Origin: an uncultured Planctomycetota bacterium
Lineage (GTDB): Bacteria > Planctomycetota > Phycisphaerae > Tepidisphaerales > Tepidisphaeraceae
Direction: 5' to 3'
NCBI GenBank assembly: GCA_963841915.1
Contig: CAWJEN010000005.1
Location: 288,001-352,000 of the forward strand
Length of the DNA: 64,000 nucleotides
The position numbers and the translations under genes were made by a program. Below are positions 42,021-50,627 of this stretch, piece by piece; the stretch's first letter is position 1, and every line of letters begins with the position of its first letter. The notes below the pieces were generated by a model, which saw nothing but the letters and a program-made list of their open reading frames with translations, had not been told where the DNA came from and ran no database searches.

Positions 42021-42886
42021 GCCACCCGCTCCAGCAGGCCGGCCAAGCGTCCCGCCAAGGCTGGCTCGTCGGCTTCGATGGCATCGACATCGCCCAGCAA
42101 GCGGACGCGGTGAGCCAGGAACGATGCCCACGCCTCGTCACCCGCTTCGTCGACCGCCCGGAGCAGCAACGCCGTCGACCGCACCATGTCGGCAGATGGC
42201 ATCAGCTCCACCATCGGCAGCGACGACGCCAGCCGGCTGTAGATCGCCTGCCATTGATCCAACGCCGCCTCGACGCGAAGCTGCAGGTAGAGCAACCGAA
42301 GCGCGTCGGCCAACGCAAGCCGCTCGTCACCCGAAGCCGGCTGGTACAGCGGCAACAGGGCAAGCCGTGCCTGCTCGGCGTTGCCGAGGCTGATCAACGA
42401 ATCGGCGAGCAGCAGGCGAAGCCCGCGCTTCTCACCAGTGAGCGCTTTTTCAGGGCGATCAAGCACAAATGCAGCCAATCTCGCCGCGTCATCGTGGCGG
42501 CCTTGCGAAGCGCGAACGCGTGCCAACACGGCTGCGGCGCCGAGCGTCACAGGTCGCAACAGACAGAACGAGTCGAGCGTCTCCCGCGCACGCCCTTCGG
42601 CAAGATCAGCCCGGCCGACGCTGGCAAGGGCCGAGGCTTCGCGGACACGCCTGCCCAGCTTGGCCGCCGAGACACCGAGAAAGACCCACACGACCGCCGC
42701 GGCGATGCCGGCGAAGCCCAGCACGTCGCCAAACCGCTCGACACCAAGGAAAGGCGGCAAAAACAGCGAACTGACGACCAGCATCGCAAGCGACACCGCT
42801 GCGACACGAGCCGTGAGCAGGCGACCCGTCGCCGACCGGACGAGCTTGGCAGCATCGTCGAACGTCTCAGGCGTCGCGGCGGTCAT
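42017..42886 (-). CDS. Two-TM protein with TPR-like helical domain
   Basis: Two N-terminal TM helices, then QGRHDDAARLA-type repeats. Confidence 0.6.
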   Translation of the reverse strand: MTAATPETFDDAAKLVRSATGRLLTARVAAVSLAMLVVSSLFLPPFLGVERFGDVLGFAGIAAAVVWVFLGVSAAKLGRRVREASALASVGRADLAEGRARETLDSFCLLRPVTLGAAAVLARVRASQGRHDDAARLAAFVLDRPEKALTGEKRGLRLLLADSLISLGNAEQARLALLPLYQPASGDERLALADALRLLYLQLRVEAALDQWQAIYSRLASSLPMVELMPSADMVRSTALLLRAVDEAGDEAWASFLAHRVRLLGDVDAIEADEPALAGRLAGLLERVA

Positions 42887-43914
42887 GCGGCCCCCGTCGT
42901 CGGCTGATGCGTCGTCTCGTACAGCTGTTCCACGTGGGACAATTCCGGGAACCGACGCAGCAGCTCAGCTGCCTCGCCGAGTGCTGTGGCGTCATGCCAG
43001 AACGTGCGGGCGTCGTCGGTGCGACCGAGCCGCTCGCTGGCCAAAGCTGCCATCGCCAGGACGTCGCCGAAGCGAAGGCCGAGCTGCTTGCGGAAGCTGT
43101 CGCGGTGCGTCTCGAAGAGCTCGATCGCCTCGTCGTGGTGGTTCGTCTGCACGTCGCGATACAGCTCGGCAAACAGCAGCGCCGCCGGCTCCAGGTCGGC
43201 TGTTGCCGGTGACACAGGCTTGGCCGACGGGGCATCGTCGGCATCGAGCAGGGCCTCGGCAGGCAGGTCGATCGAGTCTTCTTCGACCGTTTCTTCCTCA
43301 CCGGCGTCGCGTTGACGGTTGGCGCGGGTGACGGCATGCTGGACTTGGCGGACCTCGCGACGCAGCCCGGCAATGGCGTCGTTGGCGTCGCCGAGCCTGC
43401 CACCCTGAAGCAGCAACAGTGCCCGGCCGCACCCGACGGAAAAGCGGGTCGAGGCGTCGGTGCGGCTGTCGTTGAGCACCTCGTCGGCGACGTCGATGGC
43501 CTCGTCGTGCCGGCCGTAGCGGGCAAGGGTTTTGGCGAGCGCGACCAAGGCCGGCCTCCGATTGACATCCAGCCGCATCGGGCGATCCATGAGCGCCTTC
43601 AGCGACGTCACAGCCTCAGGCCAACGCCGCAGCGTTACCAACTCGTCAGCGTCCCGCACCCGCTTTCGCTCATCACGAGCAGCACCGGCCATACGGGCGA
43701 CCGTGATCGTGCAGGCGATGCTCGCCAGCAGCAGACCAACGGCCAATGGCGTGCCGAACTTGACGGGAAGGAACGTTGCACACAAAAGCGACCCGGCCAG
43801 CGCGAGCATGCCCAAGGGTGGCAGTAGAAACAACGGCCCTCGCGGCTCGGGCCGGCTGACATCCAGCAGGGTCGCCACGTTGAGTGGTGAAGATTCGGGT
43901 GGAGGGCTCGACAT
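42883..43914 (-). CDS. Two-TM protein with TPR-like helical domain
   Basis: Two TM helices; YGRHDEAIDVA, GGRLGDANDAI, LGRTDDARTFW. Confidence 0.65.
   Translation of the reverse strand: MSSPPPESSPLNVATLLDVSRPEPRGPLFLLPPLGMLALAGSLLCATFLPVKFGTPLAVGLLLASIACTITVARMAGAARDERKRVRDADELVTLRRWPEAVTSLKALMDRPMRLDVNRRPALVALAKTLARYGRHDEAIDVADEVLNDSRTDASTRFSVGCGRALLLLQGGRLGDANDAIAGLRREVRQVQHAVTRANRQRDAGEEETVEEDSIDLPAEALLDADDAPSAKPVSPATADLEPAALLFAELYRDVQTNHHDEAIELFETHRDSFRKQLGLRFGDVLAMAALASERLGRTDDARTFWHDATALGEAAELLRRFPELSHVEQLYETTHQPTTGAA
42926..42941. promoter_or_regulatory. parS-like site (1 mismatch) inside a CDS
   Basis: TGTTCCACGTGGGACA. Confidence 0.65.
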
Positions 43915-44119
43915 GCGGACGGCGTGGTCCATGCTACACAAGCCACCGGCCAAACCCGACAGGCGACGAAGGGCCGTTGTTGCGACGGTTTTAGACGCCG
44001 GGCCTTGCTTCCGCTAAGCTGCGACCGAACCCACTGCCCGGTCCGACGTTACCGCGTCGGTCACCGCGCCCGAGCACAGAAGATACCAAAGCGCAACACG
44101 CACCAGCAGGAGCACGCAC

Positions 44120-44458
44120 ATGCAAATGATCGAGGCCATCGTCAAGCCGGACAAGCTTCCCGCCGTCCAGGCCGCACTTAAAGCAATCGGCGTCAGTGGG
44201 CTGACCGCCTTCGACGTCAAGGGCTACGGCCGCCAACTCGGCGAGACCGAGAGCTACCGCGGCGCCAAGGTCGAGGCCAGCTTCCTGCCCAAGGTCATGA
44301 TTCGGGCCGTCGTGCCCGCCACGGCGACCGATCAGGTCGTCGAGGCCATCACCAACGCAGCCCGCAGCGGCACCGTCGGTGACGGCAAGATCTTCATCTA
44401 CCCCGTCGCCAGCGTCGTCCGTATCCGGACCGGCGAACGCGACAATGACGCGCTGTAA
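44120..44458 (+). CDS. glnB: P-II nitrogen regulatory protein (GlnB/GlnK)
   Basis: GYGRQ.G..E.YRG, FLPK, GDGKIF, RIRTGE; AGGAG RBS; no amtB adjacent. Confidence 0.92.
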   Translation: MQMIEAIVKPDKLPAVQAALKAIGVSGLTAFDVKGYGRQLGETESYRGAKVEASFLPKVMIRAVVPATATDQVVEAITNAARSGTVGDGKIFIYPVASVVRIRTGERDNDAL

Positions 44459-44478
44459 GCACGTCTTGCACCTTTTAC

Positions 44479-44508
44479 GGGGCCGGGCTTTATCGCCCGG
44501 CCCCTTCT
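44479..44508 (+). terminator. Probable intrinsic terminator hairpin
   Basis: GGGGCCGGGC-tttatc-GCCCGGCCCC followed by a short TTCT tail. Confidence 0.6.
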
Positions 44509-44532
44509 CGTGCGCCTCCGCTACCCTGCCGT

Positions 44533-45693
44533 GTGCCCGCAATCGACCACTACATCGGCAACAGTGACGTCTTCCCGGTCTTGGCCAGACGCGACTACTT
44601 CAACCACGCCGGCGTCAGCCCGATGCCCCGACCCGTCGGCGACGCGGTGCGGGCGTTCCTGGACCACTTCCACACCGACGCCTTTGTCGGCTTCGACTTT
44701 GCGGGCCCGATGGACAAGCTCCGCAACGCCGCCGCGACGGCCATCGGTGCTCACGGCGACGACATTGCCATCGTGACCAACACGAGCGAGGCTATCAGCC
44801 TCGTCGCGCTCGGGCTGGACCTGTCGCCCGGCGACCGCATCGTCATCAACGAAGGCGAATACCCGGCGAACGTTTATCCGTGGCAAGAAGCCTGTAATCG
44901 CGCAGGCGCAACCCTCGTCGTCGTTCCTGAGTCAACGACCGACGACGGCCAGACGCTCATTCGCGAGGACGACCTGATCGAGGCCTGCGACCATCCGCAC
45001 ACAAAGCTGCTGGCTGTCTCGCACGTGCAATGGGGTACGGGCCAGCTGGCCGACATCGTCAAGCTCGGCACCTTCTGCAAGTCGCGCGACATCCGCTTCA
45101 GCGTCGACGCCATCCAGTCGCTGGGCGTCATTCCAATCGATGTAGAGGCGGCTCATATCGACTTTCTGCAGGCCGGCGGGCACAAGTGGATGCTCGGCAC
45201 CATGGGGGCCGGCGTCTTGTACGTCCGCCGAGAGCGAATCGAGACGCTGCGGCCGGCGACCGTCGGCTGGGGCAGCGTGGTCGACCCGTTCGCGTGGGAG
45301 AAGATCGACTACACGCTCCGCCCGACTGCCCATCGATACGAGTACGGCTCGCCCGCGTTCGCCCCGCTCATCGCAGTCGGCGCAGGCCTGTCAATGCTGA
45401 CCGACATCGGCATCGACAACGTGCATGGCCTTGTCATGGCATTGGGTGAACGATTTGCTCAAGGCGTCGAGTCGCTCGGCTGCACCATCGCCGCCCGGCG
45501 ACGCGGCGGCGCGGTCTGCTTCACGCCGCCGGGTGACGAAGGTGCTGCTAAGACGCTGTACGAGTCGCTGAGCAAGCAGGACGACACGGAGCTAGCCAGT
45601 CGGTGTGGCCGCGTGCGGTTTGCCCCGCACTTCTACAACACCGAGTCACAAGTGGATCGCGTGCTCAATCGCATCGAGCATCGGCTCACTTGA
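44533..45693 (+). CDS. PLP-dependent class V aminotransferase / C-S lyase-like
   Basis: YFNHAGVSP, NTSEA, DAIQSLG, GHKWMLG, PHFYN. Confidence 0.88.
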   Translation: MPAIDHYIGNSDVFPVLARRDYFNHAGVSPMPRPVGDAVRAFLDHFHTDAFVGFDFAGPMDKLRNAAATAIGAHGDDIAIVTNTSEAISLVALGLDLSPGDRIVINEGEYPANVYPWQEACNRAGATLVVVPESTTDDGQTLIREDDLIEACDHPHTKLLAVSHVQWGTGQLADIVKLGTFCKSRDIRFSVDAIQSLGVIPIDVEAAHIDFLQAGGHKWMLGTMGAGVLYVRRERIETLRPATVGWGSVVDPFAWEKIDYTLRPTAHRYEYGSPAFAPLIAVGAGLSMLTDIGIDNVHGLVMALGERFAQGVESLGCTIAARRRGGAVCFTPPGDEGAAKTLYESLSKQDDTELASRCGRVRFAPHFYNTESQVDRVLNRIEHRLT

Positions 45694-46819
45694 GCCGCTC
45701 AAGCTCCTCGCGGGCAAAGGCGGCGTGGTCGTCGTCACCAATCTGCTCGAGCTCCTGGGCGGCACCGGTAAGGGTCACGACCGCCTCGGGCTTCTTGTCG
45801 AGGTAGCGGCTCTGCAGGAGGCCGAGCATGAGTCGCGCCTGGGCCGACTCTGCGTCACGTGGACGACCGTACCGCTCGAGATACCGCTCAAACGCCGTCG
45901 CCGCCGGGGCGTGCTTGCCATCGCGGTACAGGCTTTCGGCGATCGTGATCTGGTCAGGAGCAGGTAGAACCTGACGCTCATCAAGGGTGATAAGCCGGAC
46001 ATACTCCGCTGCGGCAAGGTGGATGTGCTTGGCGTCGAGGTGCTCGCGAATCTTGCCCTTAAGGTCTTGCGTTTGCTGGGCGACAGGGTCGGCCAGCTCC
46101 TTGGGCAAAATATCCGTGGCCGAGCTGTGGGCTTGATTGGTGTTACGGCGAGCCTTCTTTTCGCGTCGTTGTGCGAGTAGACCGAAAACAGTGGGCGTGG
46201 TGACGGGGACAAGCTTTGCCTTGTCGAGCAGCAGCCCGACGCCGAAGCCGTAGACCGCCCCACCGACGTGGGCCCAACGGGCGACGCCGGAGCTGTTACC
46301 GAGCAGCAGGCTGTCGAGGCCGCCGAGCAGGTCGATGACAAAGTAGATTCCGATGAACCAGACGGCCGGCACGGAAATCATCGTGATAATGAAGAACAAG
46401 AAGAGCAATTGCACGCGTGCCCGCGGGAACATCGCCAGGTACAGGCCGGTCACCGCCGTCACGCCACCCGAGGCACCGAGGGCCGGATTGTCTGCCAGCA
46501 GGCTGTGCACGAGGCTCGCCGCGACGACACCGCCCAGGAAGAAGGCGATGTAGCCGACATGCCCCAGCAGGTCGTCAAGGTCGTTTCCGAAGATGTAGAG
46601 AAACAGCAGGTTGCTCAGCAGATGCATCCACCCGCCGTGCAGGAAACCGCTGCCGACCATGCCCCACAGCGACGGCTCGTACGGCCGAAGCAGCAGTGTC
46701 GACTCGACCACCGGCATCCATGTCTGAATGAGAAACATGACCGCAATGACACCAATGAGCCCGGTGTTGGCCCACGGCGTCCGCCGGTGCATGCGATCTG
46801 TCCGGAGCGGGAGAAGCAC
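45686..46819 (-). CDS. Rhomboid protease with C-terminal TPR-like domain
   Basis: FLHGGWMHL..N, GASGG, WAHVGG; AFERYLERY tail. Confidence 0.88.
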   Translation of the reverse strand: MLLPLRTDRMHRRTPWANTGLIGVIAVMFLIQTWMPVVESTLLLRPYEPSLWGMVGSGFLHGGWMHLLSNLLFLYIFGNDLDDLLGHVGYIAFFLGGVVAASLVHSLLADNPALGASGGVTAVTGLYLAMFPRARVQLLFLFFIITMISVPAVWFIGIYFVIDLLGGLDSLLLGNSSGVARWAHVGGAVYGFGVGLLLDKAKLVPVTTPTVFGLLAQRREKKARRNTNQAHSSATDILPKELADPVAQQTQDLKGKIREHLDAKHIHLAAAEYVRLITLDERQVLPAPDQITIAESLYRDGKHAPAATAFERYLERYGRPRDAESAQARLMLGLLQSRYLDKKPEAVVTLTGAAQELEQIGDDDHAAFAREELERLK

Positions 46820-46899
46820 GCGGAAGCTTAGAGACGAGTAACAAGCAATGAGCAACGAGAGCCGGATCGGCGTCTTCTACTCGCTCATGAATTGCTTCG

Positions 46900-48444
46900 T
46901 TAGCCGCGCGTCATCCAGCGAAGCATTTCACCCATGCCTGCCGCCTTCTCGCTTCGGAGCATGCCGTGGCGGAAGATGCGGCCTGCGAGCCAGACGAGGA
47001 AGATCGTCGTCAGCACGCTCAGCCCGGCGGCGAGGAACCGTTCGGCCGTCGGCATGCCGTCCCGTACGCCGATCCGCATCACGCTCGTGATCGGCGTCGT
47101 CAGCGGGAACCACGTGAAAATGTGTGCCAGCGGCCCTTGCGGGTTCTGTGCCACGTTAATGGCCACCAGGGCTGGCAGCATCGGCAAGAGCACGACCGGC
47201 GTCTGCAGGTTTTGAGCTTCTTTCAGGTTCGTCACGGCCGCACCGACGGCGACGCTCATCGCGCCGACCATCAGCGTCGCCAGGCTGGCAAAGATGGCGA
47301 ACCAAATCAAGACGTCGAAGCCGAGCTGCTGCAGGACGCCGAATTGCAGCGCCACAATGAGCCCGCCGGCACCGTAGATGGCGGCCAGGGTGAGGCTGAT
47401 CGCCACGCCACCCAGCAGCTTGCCGAGCATGAGCTCGAATGGCCGCACGCTGCCGAGCAACACTTCGGCGATGCGCATCTGCTTTTCTTCGATGATGTTC
47501 GTCGTCAGCGGGAAGGCGGCGGTGCCGATGAGGCCGAAGAGCAGAAATACACTCATCACCGGGACGAGAATCGAGGCCAGCAGGTTGGGCTCGGCCTCGT
47601 AGCTGACGCCGCCGTCGCTGGCCTTTGTCGCCAGTGGTCGCTGGTTGACCGCCATCGGCTGCATGATGTCGGCGAACTGCTCGCGCGGGATCTCGATGCC
47701 GTCGATACCTTTCAGTTTCCGGTACTGGACGGCCGGCGTGAGGGTGCCACGAATCCAGTTGCTCACGTCGAGATTCGTCGTGCTTTTTGACGAATAGCGA
47801 ATGCTGTAGAGGTCCTGCAACGCCTGCACCTCCGGTGGCAGCGTCGCTGTGAGCATGCTCACCATGCTTGTCGTGTCGACGTCGATATCCTCAGCGGCTT
47901 CCTTGGCCTTGGCAGCGGCGAGCGCAAGGTTGATGAGGTCTTCGGGCTTCGTCGCTACGACGTTGGGACCGATCTCGACGAAGGCGAACAAGTCGCCGTC
48001 ACGCACGCGATCACTTAGCTCGAGTCGAAGCTGCTCCAGGGCATCGGCGTCGTCAGTCTCCGGCAGGATCGGGACGACCTCGTAAGGCGCCGCATCGAAC
48101 TTGCCGTCGTCGCCGGTGATCTCTTCGTTGCGATTTTGAGCCGCCTCGATGAGAAGCTGGTACAGAGGTCTCTGATCTTCGGGCACAGTCAGACCAGCAC
48201 CCTGCAGCGCTCGATCAACTAAGCCAGGCGTTGCTGGTTCCGTCGTGTCCCCCTCTTGATTCAACGCAGCGCGGTCGATGACTGCGATTTTCTTCGGCGT
48301 CGTGTCGACCACATCGCGCGACAGTTTACCGACGAGCATGCCGCCCCCGACGAGGACCGGCATCAGGGCGATTGAGACGACAAAGCTCTTGGTCTTGACG
48401 GCCGCGAGATAGTCGCGAAGAGCGATGACAAAGGTTTTCCGCAT
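46900..48444 (-). CDS. ABC-2 permease (NatB-like)
   Basis: R.Y...VKTKSF, EEK..RI.EVLL, LM.GK. Confidence 0.87.
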   Translation of the reverse strand: MRKTFVIALRDYLAAVKTKSFVVSIALMPVLVGGGMLVGKLSRDVVDTTPKKIAVIDRAALNQEGDTTEPATPGLVDRALQGAGLTVPEDQRPLYQLLIEAAQNRNEEITGDDGKFDAAPYEVVPILPETDDADALEQLRLELSDRVRDGDLFAFVEIGPNVVATKPEDLINLALAAAKAKEAAEDIDVDTTSMVSMLTATLPPEVQALQDLYSIRYSSKSTTNLDVSNWIRGTLTPAVQYRKLKGIDGIEIPREQFADIMQPMAVNQRPLATKASDGGVSYEAEPNLLASILVPVMSVFLLFGLIGTAAFPLTTNIIEEKQMRIAEVLLGSVRPFELMLGKLLGGVAISLTLAAIYGAGGLIVALQFGVLQQLGFDVLIWFAIFASLATLMVGAMSVAVGAAVTNLKEAQNLQTPVVLLPMLPALVAINVAQNPQGPLAHIFTWFPLTTPITSVMRIGVRDGMPTAERFLAAGLSVLTTIFLVWLAGRIFRHGMLRSEKAAGMGEMLRWMTRG

Positions 48445-48476
48445 AAAGGTCGAGCTGGTTGTCTAGGAGGTGCGGA

Positions 48477-49412
48477 TTACTGCGCTACTGCCACAGAGGC
48501 GGGCGTTATGTCTTCGCTGGGCCGGGCGATGCGGACAAAGATGTCGTGCAGGTTCGGCTGCGTGACCTCGAAGTGCTTGACGCGGCCCAGCAGCATCAAA
48601 TTGGCCAGCGCCTGCTGCTCATCGGCCATGGGTTCAAGCGTCAGTTCCTGCGTCTGGCCCAGATCACGGACGCGGGCGATGCCGGGCAGCTTCTCCATTT
48701 TCGAGCCGTCGACCCCCTCGACGTCGACGCGAATCGTGTCGGTGCCGTACTCGCGGCGGATGTCGGCCAGGCTGCCGTCCAGCACCTTGTCGCCCTTGTA
48801 GATCATGAAGATGCGGTCACACATCTGCTCGGCCGTGGCCATGTCATGGGTCGAGAAAATGACCGTCGTGCCACCGCGGCGGAGGTCGTTGATCTGATCG
48901 GTCATGATGTCCCGGTTGACCGGGTCCAGGCCGCTGAACACCTCGTCGAGCAGAACCAGCTTGGGCTTGCTGATGACGGTTGCTATGAATTGCACCTTCT
49001 GGCTCATGCCCTTGGACAACTGCTCGACCTTGCTGTCCCGCCATTTGCCCAGATCGAGCTTTTCGAGCCATTCGTCGATGCTTTGCTTCGACGCGTCGGC
49101 CCCCTTGATCTGCGCGTAGAACCGCAGGACCTCGCGGACCTTCATCTGCTTGTACAGCCCGCGCTCTTCGGGCAGGTAGGCGACACGGTCATCGGGGCGG
49201 TCGCTGTTGGTGCGCTCCAGCACGGTGACATCGCCCCGATCCTGCTCGTGGATCCGCATGATCATGCGGAGGGTCGTCGTCTTGCCCGAGCCGTTGGGCC
49301 CGATGAAGCCGTAGCACGACCCGGCTGGTACGGCCAGCGTCAGATCGTTGACGGCCGTGTGTTTGCCGTAGGTCTTGGTGACGTTGCTGAGGGTAACTGC
49401 GTCGACTGGCAT
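48477..49412 (-). CDS. ABC-2 ATPase (NatA-like)
   Basis: GPNGSGKTT, YLPEERGLY, LSKGM, LDEVFSGLDP. Confidence 0.92.
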   Translation of the reverse strand: MPVDAVTLSNVTKTYGKHTAVNDLTLAVPAGSCYGFIGPNGSGKTTTLRMIMRIHEQDRGDVTVLERTNSDRPDDRVAYLPEERGLYKQMKVREVLRFYAQIKGADASKQSIDEWLEKLDLGKWRDSKVEQLSKGMSQKVQFIATVISKPKLVLLDEVFSGLDPVNRDIMTDQINDLRRGGTTVIFSTHDMATAEQMCDRIFMIYKGDKVLDGSLADIRREYGTDTIRVDVEGVDGSKMEKLPGIARVRDLGQTQELTLEPMADEQQALANLMLLGRVKHFEVTQPNLHDIFVRIARPSEDITPASVAVAQ

Positions 49413-49609
49413 GAGCGTCCGGGCTAAAACGACGCCAATTCTGGCGACGCGGCGGGCGACTGTAGCCGTCAACCCGTCGACTGCGACTGTGCCACACGTC
49501 CCATACCCACCGCACCGGTCGCGGTGACAGCCGTTCCTGACGGCTCACGACGCAGGCAAACAACATCTCAGCAGCCGGTGCTGCTTCCAACCTGCTCCTA
49601 CGTTGCTGC

Positions 49610-50605
49610 ATGGAAGCGCCCGCCGACGCCGTCGAACGACTTGTTGCCATGGGCCATGAAGTGAGGCGACGCGTGATGCAAAGCCGAATGACACCCGACG
49701 CCATGGCCAGCGTCGAACGATCCGACGAGGCCGACACGATCTACGCCATCGACGCGGTCGTCGAGCCGGCCATCGAGGCCGCGTGCGAGGCGTGGGGCCA
49801 GGAGACGTCGCTCGTGCTCATTGCCGAGGGCGTCCTGGACGAGAACGGCAACGAGGCTGCAAGCGTCTTTCCGCGTGGAACGTCTGCTGACGACGCCGAA
49901 ATTCGCGTCATCATCGACCCGATCGACGGCACGCGTGGCCTTATGTACGACAAACGCCCCGCGTGGTTCCTCGCGGCCGTCGCGCCGAACAACGGCGACG
50001 CAACGCGGCTGCGGGACTGCGTGGCGAGCGTCATGATCGAGCTGCCGACGACGAAGATGGGCTGGGCCGACACCGCCACCGCCACTAAAGGCGGCGGCGC
50101 GACCGTCACCCGCACCGACCTTCGCGACGGCAGCGTCACCACATTGACGCCGCAACCGAGCCGGGCGACGAGGATCGACCATGGCTTTGCGCAGATCAGC
50201 GACTTCTTCCCCGGCACCAAGGTGCTTGCCGGTGAGATGATGGAGCACATCGTCGAGCAGCTCATCGGCAAGGCGGACGTCACGCGGGCGACGGTGTTCG
50301 AAGATCAGTACATCTCGACAGGCGGGCAGTGGTACGAGCTCATCAGCGGCCGCGACCGCTTCAACGCTGACCTACGCCCCGTCTTTTACAAGATGCAGGG
50401 CCAGCCCGAGGGCCTGTGCTGCCACCCGTACGACTGTGCCGGCCTGCTCATCGCCGAAGAGGCGGGCGCGGTCATCACCGACGCCGACGGCCAGCCGCTC
50501 GACTGCCCGCTCGACGTGACAACGGGTGTGAGTTGGGTCGGCTATGCGAATGACCAGCTGCGCGACTCGATCGAGCCGATCGTGCGGTCGTTCCTGAGCC
50601 GGTGA
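49610..50605 (+). CDS. Inositol monophosphatase-family protein
   Basis: IIDPIDGTRG, YDCAGLLIAEEAGAVITD. Confidence 0.85.
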   Translation: MEAPADAVERLVAMGHEVRRRVMQSRMTPDAMASVERSDEADTIYAIDAVVEPAIEAACEAWGQETSLVLIAEGVLDENGNEAASVFPRGTSADDAEIRVIIDPIDGTRGLMYDKRPAWFLAAVAPNNGDATRLRDCVASVMIELPTTKMGWADTATATKGGGATVTRTDLRDGSVTTLTPQPSRATRIDHGFAQISDFFPGTKVLAGEMMEHIVEQLIGKADVTRATVFEDQYISTGGQWYELISGRDRFNADLRPVFYKMQGQPEGLCCHPYDCAGLLIAEEAGAVITDADGQPLDCPLDVTTGVSWVGYANDQLRDSIEPIVRSFLSR

Positions 50606-50627
50606 GTCGAGGCTCCTAAAGTGCCCC

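Noticed and set aside
43930..44119. Glutamine riboswitch or sigma54 promoter upstream of the P-II gene
   Set aside because: No recognisable glnA-motif core or convincing -24/-12 pair.
49866..49881. CTTTCCGCGTGGAACG as a fourth parS
   Set aside because: Four mismatches and inside a CDS; likely chance.
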